Of a stretch of DNA of 32,000 nt, positions 26,101 through 32,000 are shown one piece after another. This DNA is from Wolbachia endosymbiont strain TRS of Brugia malayi. Lineage in GTDB: Bacteria; Pseudomonadota; Alphaproteobacteria; Rickettsiales; Anaplasmataceae. The stretch lies in the NCBI RefSeq assembly GCF_000008385.1, contig NC_006833.1:210001-242000 (forward strand). The letters run 5' to 3'. The notes beneath the pieces were generated by a model. It made no database searches. It had not been told where the DNA came from and worked only from the letters and a program-made list of their open reading frames with translations. The position numbers were made by a program, and so were the translations under genes. Positions within the stretch are counted from its first letter, which is position 1, and each line of letters begins with the position of its first letter.

Positions 26101-27927
26101 ATACGTTTAATCGGTGCATTTAACCATATGCATATTTTTGTTGATCCAAATCCTAGTGCAGAAAAGAGTTTTGCAGAACGTAAACGCCTTTTTGAGTTAC
26201 CATTTTCAACTTGGATGGACTATAACAAAGATCTGATTTCCCAGGGCGGGGGAGTATTCGAACGCAGCAGCAAGCAAGTAAATGTCTCTCAAGAAATGAA
26301 AAAGTGCTTTGATATAATGGAAGATACGTTATCTCCGAGTGATTTGATTCGATATCTGTTGAAAGCAAAAGTGGATTTCATATGGAACGGAGGAATTGGT
26401 ACTTTTGTTAAAGCAAGGAGTGAAAGCCACGATATGGTTGGTGATAAAGCAAATGATGAATTAAGGGTGAATGGTGAGAACATTAGAGCTTCTATGTTTA
26501 TAGAAGGTGGTAATCTTGGTTGCACGCAGCTTGGAAGAATAGAATATGCTGAAAGAGGCGGATATATTAATGCAGATTTTGTTGATAATTCAGCAGGAGT
26601 AATATGTTCTGACCTTGAAGTTAATATCAAAATCGCATTCGTCTCAGTTATGAAGGGAGGTAGTATTTCTTTGGAAAAAAGGAATGAAATACTGGCTAGC
26701 ATGGTGGATGAAGTTGCATCTAAGGTACTTGAAGACCATAACAGAATTGAAACAAAAGCATTACTTTTTGAGTGTTTGCAAGCTAAAGAGAGGTTGGAGC
26801 AGCACCACAGGTTACTACTCAGTTTGGAAAAATCTGGACTATTAAACCGAAGTGTAGAGTTTCTTCCAACAGATGAGGAAATAGCAAGAATGTTAACTGG
26901 AGCGGGAGGTTTTAGCTCTCCCCAGCTTTCCGTTTTAATGTCCTATTCTAGAACAGCAATAAAAAATGAAATTATACATTCTGACTTGCCTGAAAAAGAT
27001 TTCTTGTGCCACGATTACTTATTAAATTACTTTCCACAAAAGATGGTAACGGAGTTCAAGGATTTCATATTAAAACACCAACTTCGCAGAGAAATCATTT
27101 CCACTTGTATTGTAAATGATGTAGTGAATAGAATGGGATGTATATTCATTAATAATCTAGTTGAAAGTACTGGAATTAAAGTGTATGAAGCGGTAAATGT
27201 GTATATTGTTGTTAACCACTTATATGGTTTAAATAGCCTATGGCAAGAAATTGATAAACTGGATGGAAAGATTAATATTGACTCATACTTGCAAATAGTG
27301 AGAAATGTACAGAAATTTATTGGTAGAGTATCATTTTGGTTAGTAAAAAACCTCGGCAAACTTAGCTTTGTAGAGCTAGATGATGTTACAAAATTTAAAG
27401 ATGCAATTGAAACTTTAGGCCAGAATTTAACTGACGTTCTAGACGAACATCTATTAAAAACCTATAACCATGGATCTTCTTTTTTAGTAGAGCTCAATAT
27501 AAATAAAGATCTAGCAAGAAAAGTTGCTGACCTATGCGTTCTTGCTTACGCACTAGATGTTATATCCATTGCTGAGCAAACGTCCTTATCTATCCTTGAC
27601 GCCGGTAAAATATACTTTGAGTTAAAATCGCTGCTGAGGTTCGATCTGATTAGGACAATTGCTATTAAGATAAAAAGTTATTCTTCTTATTGGGATCGTA
27701 GTTTAATTAACGATTTATTGGATGATTTAAGCAATTACCACTATAAGCTAGCTGTCAAAGTTATAAGGGCAACTGATAATTACGAAAATAAGGTTCAAAC
27801 CTGGGCTTGCAATGATAAGGATTACATAGAACGTTACAACAGTTTTTTAGATGAAATGATTGCTTCCAAACTTGATTTAAGCAAATTAATATTTATAATT
27901 AGAAGAATTAAAGTACTTGCCTTATAG
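23194..27927 (+). CDS. NAD-specific glutamate dehydrogenase, large (about 180 kDa) class
   Basis: 1577 aa. The hallmark core is [40 protein letters not shown], with [16 protein letters not shown] and [13 protein letters not shown] also present. Confidence 0.93.
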   Translation: [1577 protein letters not shown]

Positions 27928-27932
27928 GAAAA

Positions 27933-28241
27933 ATGTTTAGTATAGGTCTTTCAGAAATTTTAGTTGTAGTTTTAGTTAGTATAATTGTTCTTGATAAAAA
28001 TAAGGTACCTGTATTCATTGACCTTATTAAGAATATATATAGGTATCTTACGATCATAAAATCAAAAGCTAGAAGATTATTGAAAGATGCTGGAATTGAA
28101 GAGTTATATAAAGAGTATAACACCGAGAAAGTAAATTACATAATTGGTAAAGATGGTAAACTTTATCCTACTTACAATATAGATAATACGCCTAAAGATA
28201 ATGACAGCGAGGATTCTAGTAGTAGACGACGTGCCATCTAA
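27933..28241 (+). CDS. tatB: Tat (twin-arginine) translocase TatA/B-family subunit, TatB-like and divergent
   Basis: 102 aa. The N-terminus MFSIGLSEILVVVLVSIIVL is followed by an amphipathic basic helix, which is the TatA/B architecture. The usual GP hinge is replaced by DK. The 3' end overlaps pleD by 41 nt. Confidence 0.6.
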   Translation: MFSIGLSEILVVVLVSIIVLDKNKVPVFIDLIKNIYRYLTIIKSKARRLLKDAGIEELYKEYNTEKVNYIIGKDGKLYPTYNIDNTPKDNDSEDSSSRRRAI

Positions 28242-29577
28242 TGTTAAGCTTTTAGAAGCTCGACTAAAAGCAGAGTACTACACGGTTATTGTAGCTCATG
28301 ATAGTGAAGAAGCTATAGATTTAGTGGCAAAGCAACAGCCTGATATTATATTACTCGATATCATGATGCCAAAAATAAACGGCTTTAAAGTTTGTAAGAA
28401 CTTAAAGAGCACCCCCCTGACAACCCATATTCCAATAATTATGGTGACTGCGCTGCATGACACTCACGATAGAGTGCAAGGCATTAACGCCGGCGCAGAT
28501 GATTTTCTAACTAAACCAATAGATGAAACTGCCTTATCTGCGAGAATTAAGTCTCTCACACGCCTAAAGATGGTTATAGATGAACTACGTTTAAGAGGAG
28601 AAACTAATGCTGAGATTTGTGGGGTAGCAGGAAGCAGTATTATGGATTATTCTAATCAGATCTTTGACTCTAATATACTTGTTGTAGATGAGGATATCTT
28701 TCAAGCAGAGCAGATACATAATGTACTAAAGCAACGCTTTAAGTTAATTAACATACTGAACGATCCAATGGAGGCATTGAAGGTTGGTATTGAGGATAAC
28801 TATGATCTAATTATCTCTGACATGCAATTTTCAGAAACTGATGGCCTACGCTTATGTTCTGAGTTTCGTAGTAAAGTAGAAACACGCTATACACCAATTC
28901 TAATCCTTTCTGAAGATTATAATAAAAACAACTTAGTAAAAGCACTTGACGTAGGAGCTAATGATTACTTAACAGTGCCCCTGGATGAAAGTGAATTAAT
29001 AGCAAGAGTCAATTTACAAGTGAAACGCAAGAGATATCAAGATGCTTTGAGAATGAATCTATTCAACAATGCAGAAATGTCTATAAAGGATCCACTTACT
29101 AACTGTTACAACAGAAGATATTTTGATACACACTTAAGAAACATTATTAAAGACTCTGTAGAAAAAAATAGAAGATTATCTCTTATGATACTAGATATAG
29201 ACTATTTTAAGATAGTAAATGACGATTTTGGACATAGTGCCGGAGATGAACTTTTAAAGCAGATACAGAAGAGAATTTCTGAAAATATCAGAGTGACAGA
29301 CTTGTTAGCTAGGTTTGGCGGTGAGGAATTTGTTGTTGTAATGCCAGATACCAATATATCAGATGCATACATTGTTGCAGAAAGGATACGCGAAATTATT
29401 GCTACAGAACCTTTTATACTCTCGGATAAAAACACAACACACAATGTGACTGTAAGCATTGGGGTTGTAGAAATGCAAGAATCTGATCTTGATAATATTG
29501 AAAAATTTATAGTACGTGCTGATAGATATTTATATAAAGCAAAAAATAGTGGCAGAAATAGGGTGGTTACTAGCTAA
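28201..29577 (+). CDS. pleD: PleD-type response regulator diguanylate cyclase (REC-REC-GGDEF)
   Basis: 458 aa starting MTARILVVDD. REC1 has DD, D in ILLDIMMP, T in VTAL and K in LTKP. REC2 is degenerate. The GGDEF domain has the active site RFGGEEF, with an RxxD I-site (RVTD) five residues upstream. Confidence 0.93.
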   Translation: MTARILVVDDVPSNVKLLEARLKAEYYTVIVAHDSEEAIDLVAKQQPDIILLDIMMPKINGFKVCKNLKSTPLTTHIPIIMVTALHDTHDRVQGINAGADDFLTKPIDETALSARIKSLTRLKMVIDELRLRGETNAEICGVAGSSIMDYSNQIFDSNILVVDEDIFQAEQIHNVLKQRFKLINILNDPMEALKVGIEDNYDLIISDMQFSETDGLRLCSEFRSKVETRYTPILILSEDYNKNNLVKALDVGANDYLTVPLDESELIARVNLQVKRKRYQDALRMNLFNNAEMSIKDPLTNCYNRRYFDTHLRNIIKDSVEKNRRLSLMILDIDYFKIVNDDFGHSAGDELLKQIQKRISENIRVTDLLARFGGEEFVVVMPDTNISDAYIVAERIREIIATEPFILSDKNTTHNVTVSIGVVEMQESDLDNIEKFIVRADRYLYKAKNSGRNRVVTS

Positions 29578-29674
29578 CTAGGAGTGCGATGTCATAGAAT
29601 TACCATTAACGAAATTTACAATAGGCTTCTTGCAAACCATACAATTTTTGCCTGGCCATCATTTAGGTAAGCCG

Positions 29675-30145
29675 AAAAAACTACTTGACAAACCTCGCTA
29701 GCCCCCTTATCCCGATACTGGAGGTATTAAGTTACCTTCAATCTGTGCAGATTAAAATAATAAAGTGTTATATAGTTAGCATCTTATGTTTAATTTTTTG
29801 CACTATATGTACCTTATGTCTTCACAATATTTCTAATTTTTTACCTATATAAGTTGAAACTCGCTTATAAAGCGTTTAGGACAGTATAATATACTAATTT
29901 GCAGGATTAGAGAGTAAATACTATCACCATAATATATCTTTTGCCTTTTTTTTGCCTAGTAAATTTCTAAAACATTTATGACTAAAGGTTAGTTGCAATA
30001 AAAAACAACTAAGTCGCGATTACTAAGTATTTAAAACATAAAAAAACGCTAGTGTTTTTAAATAGATATTAACTAGGGCTTCTTTTGTCTTTTTCTTACT
30101 TGGTGGATTTCTTAAATATTTGTAGCTGAAGCGATTCAAGAGCAC
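29675..30145 (+). repeat. Large modular non-coding repeat, copy D (head plus two tail modules)
   Basis: Closest to copy A through about 29975. A second tail module follows (..AAAAACGCTAGTGTTTTT..GGGCTTCTTTTGTCTTTTTCTTACTTGGTGGATTTCTTAAATATTTGTAGCTGAAGCG), and its end matches the end of copy C. Confidence 0.85.
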
Positions 30146-30458
30146 GCGACTTAATGTCAAGCCTTTAGTTCAAGTTATGCAAGAGACCTATTTATAATGG
30201 AGATTAAATTATGGAAGTACAGAGTTACAAACGACATAAATCCATAACAGGAGCAGAAGTTGCTGTAGGTATTAGCTCTTGGTTATATTAAATTTCATTG
30301 AGAAAGATAGGCATCTTATAAAAGCTTACAACAAAAATTTCATATAGTTATTACTATAGATAGCTATCTTATAAATAAGTAAAAAAAGGTTATGAAAAAT
30401 AATAGACTATTATAAAATCTTATGGTAAGGTATATATTTATTTATATAAGAGAGCAAT

Positions 30459-30944
30459 ATGAGCAACTCTAATGATAGCGATGATAAGAAGCATTCTGAT
30501 TCTTTAGGCTACAAAGTAGGATAAAGAGTGAAATATTGGAGCGAGGATATACTCAGAAGGATTTAGCAAAAAAGATCGGGGTAAAATACTGGAATAATAA
30601 TTCAACATGAGAAAGGAAAGCGCAGAATACCAATTGAAAGGTTATATGACATAGCAGAGATGTTGTCAGTAAGTATTATGGATCTAATCCCTATACAAAG
30701 AGGGCCAAAAAATTGGCTTAAAGACAAAGGAGAAGAAATATTAAATCTAGTAAGAAATTATAAAAAGATTAGTGATCAAAAATTACGTAAGATATTTTAT
30801 TTGTTAATTAAATCTGCCCAGCTTAGTAAAAAAAGTAGTAGAAAAGTAGAGATAATAGAAATAGCCAAGAATCTGTTCAAAGCAGGAATTTCTATTAACA
30901 TTATCTCCCAAATAACTGGCTTATCAACTGATAGAATTGCATGA
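30459..30944 (+). pseudogene. XRE-family helix-turn-helix regulator, frameshifted; the C-terminal 94-codon ORF is still open
   Basis: MSNSNDSDDKKHSDSLGYKVG* is followed in other frames by ILERGYTQKDLAKKIGVKYWNN and IQHEKGKRRIPIERLYDIAEMLSVSIMDLIP..., the canonical HTH_3 pattern split over three frames. ORF 30660-30944 continues to ..IEIAKNLFKAGISINIISQITGLSTDRIA*. Confidence 0.75.
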
Positions 30945-31050
30945 CTTGAAGTGTTTAACTGTAAAGAAACAAAATTTAGTATGATCCAACCACGGAATAA
31001 ACTAGTGAATCTTTTGAAAAGTATATAAAATTCAAGTTTGAGTAAAGAAT

Positions 31051-31932
31051 ATGGCAGTTAGGCTCATTCCAGACAATCTCAATATTAAATTTAGTAAATA
31101 TAGAAAATTGACTGCATTAATTAGCATTATTCTTGTCATTTTTTCACTTTTTATTGTCGTGTTACGTGGAGTGAATTTAGGCATAGACTTCACAGGTGGA
31201 ATTTTGATGGAAATAAAATCTTCAAGCGAAGACCATGCTGTCCTTAATATATTGAAAGAAAATGGTTTTACGATACAGAGTTCAAAGGCTGGTAATAATT
31301 TAGTCATGTATTTTAGAGAGGAAGGAAATGAAGGTAAAATTAAGAAGATCAAAAGTGTACTGGAAGAAAAGCTGGGTAGCTCAATAAGCTACCGTAAAAT
31401 AGACTATATTGGCCCACGAATAAGTTCAACACAGATACTTGAAGGAATCTTGTCCATGTTTATTGCAATTGTTGGAATATTTTTTTATGTTTGGTTTAGA
31501 TTTAATTGGCAATGTGGATTTGGTGGAACAATAGCACTAATTCATGACGTGATTTTAACTGTTGGTTTTGTCAGCCTGACTGGTATTAAATTTAATATTT
31601 CATCGGTTGCAGCTCTCCTTACTGTGATTGGTTATTCAATCAATAATTCAGTAGTTATATACGATCGGATTCGAGAATATCAAAAGAGTGGTAAAAATAG
31701 GCAGATGAGTGATATAGTAGATGCAAGTATTAATGTTACATTGTTTCGCACTGTCTTAACCTCAGGTACAACCCTTCTTGCTACTATTCCTTTGACATTA
31801 ATTTGTACAGATACAGTCAGGGACTTTAGCTTGATCATCTTTTTTGGTATTTTAATTGGCACTTGTTCTGCAATATTTATCTCTGCTCCTATATTAACCT
31901 GTAAAGTCTTAATAAGTAGAATTGCAGTATAA
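31051..31932 (+). CDS. secF: Protein translocase subunit SecF
   Basis: 293 aa with an N-terminal TM segment, the periplasmic loop start [11 protein letters not shown], and the C-terminal six-TM SecD/F domain ([24 protein letters not shown]). Confidence 0.92.
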   Translation: MAVRLIPDNLNIKFSKYRKLTALISIILVIFSLFIVVLRGVNLGIDFTGGILMEIKSSSEDHAVLNILKENGFTIQSSKAGNNLVMYFREEGNEGKIKKIKSVLEEKLGSSISYRKIDYIGPRISSTQILEGILSMFIAIVGIFFYVWFRFNWQCGFGGTIALIHDVILTVGFVSLTGIKFNISSVAALLTVIGYSINNSVVIYDRIREYQKSGKNRQMSDIVDASINVTLFRTVLTSGTTLLATIPLTLICTDTVRDFSLIIFFGILIGTCSAIFISAPILTCKVLISRIAV

Positions 31933-31978
31933 TATCAGCTTATTACCTCTTATAGTAAAATGAAAATATTTTAAAAAA

Positions 31979-32000
31979 CTCATTCCAAGCAGTGAATGAG
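31979..32000. repeat. Hairpin / start of another palindromic element at the window edge
   Basis: CTCATTC-CAAGCAGT-GAATGAG is a perfect 7-bp inverted repeat about 45 nt after the secF stop. It resembles the TCATTCCAGCG..CGCTGGAATGA family and is truncated by the window end. Confidence 0.45.

Noticed and set aside
26289-26702. 137-aa ORF antisense to the glutamate dehydrogenase gene, and other antisense ORFs within 23307-27359
   Set aside because: These are shadow ORFs inside a gene with unmistakable family motifs, and nothing independent supports them.
505-30145. Possibility that the four large repeats form a CRISPR array or flank a composite transposon
   Set aside because: The copies are about 300-470 nt long, kilobases apart and one is inverted. 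There are no short regular spacers, cas genes or transposase, and housekeeping operons lie between the copies.

Overview
AT-rich window (roughly one third G+C by eye) that reads like a Rickettsiales endosymbiont chromosome, most probably Wolbachia. This is an inference from gene content (secG-pyrG-tadA, a standalone secF, a PleD-type response regulator, a ~1600-aa NAD-glutamate dehydrogenase, MEP-pathway genes ispE and dxr) and from GTCAT...ATGAC palindromic mini-repeats; only a database search can confirm it. About 19 apparently intact, mostly housekeeping genes are separated by gene-decay zones. The pseudogenes are a phage prohead protease, an Rpn/PD-(D/E)XK transposase-like gene, radC, a RelE/ParE toxin with its antitoxin, a Fic protein and an XRE-type HTH regulator. 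Two non-coding repeat systems stand out. (1) A ~300-470 nt modular repeat is present in four copies (505-810, 6845-7275, 18040-18385 inverted, 29675-30145). It has a TTGACA-containing head, a covarying three-segment pairing motif and one or two T-tract tail modules. I cannot assign it to a known element class. (2) Short palindromic elements occur in intergenic spacers and are also inserted in frame at three sites in the otherwise intact addA helicase-nuclease gene, with a possible footprint in the gdh gene. One orphan ORF (19703-20200, minus strand) encodes an acidic His/Asp/Gly-rich protein with locally raised G+C and no recognisable family. I found no rRNA, tRNA, CRISPR array or intact transposase. 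Repeat and pseudogene boundaries are hand-aligned and approximate (about +/-15 nt).
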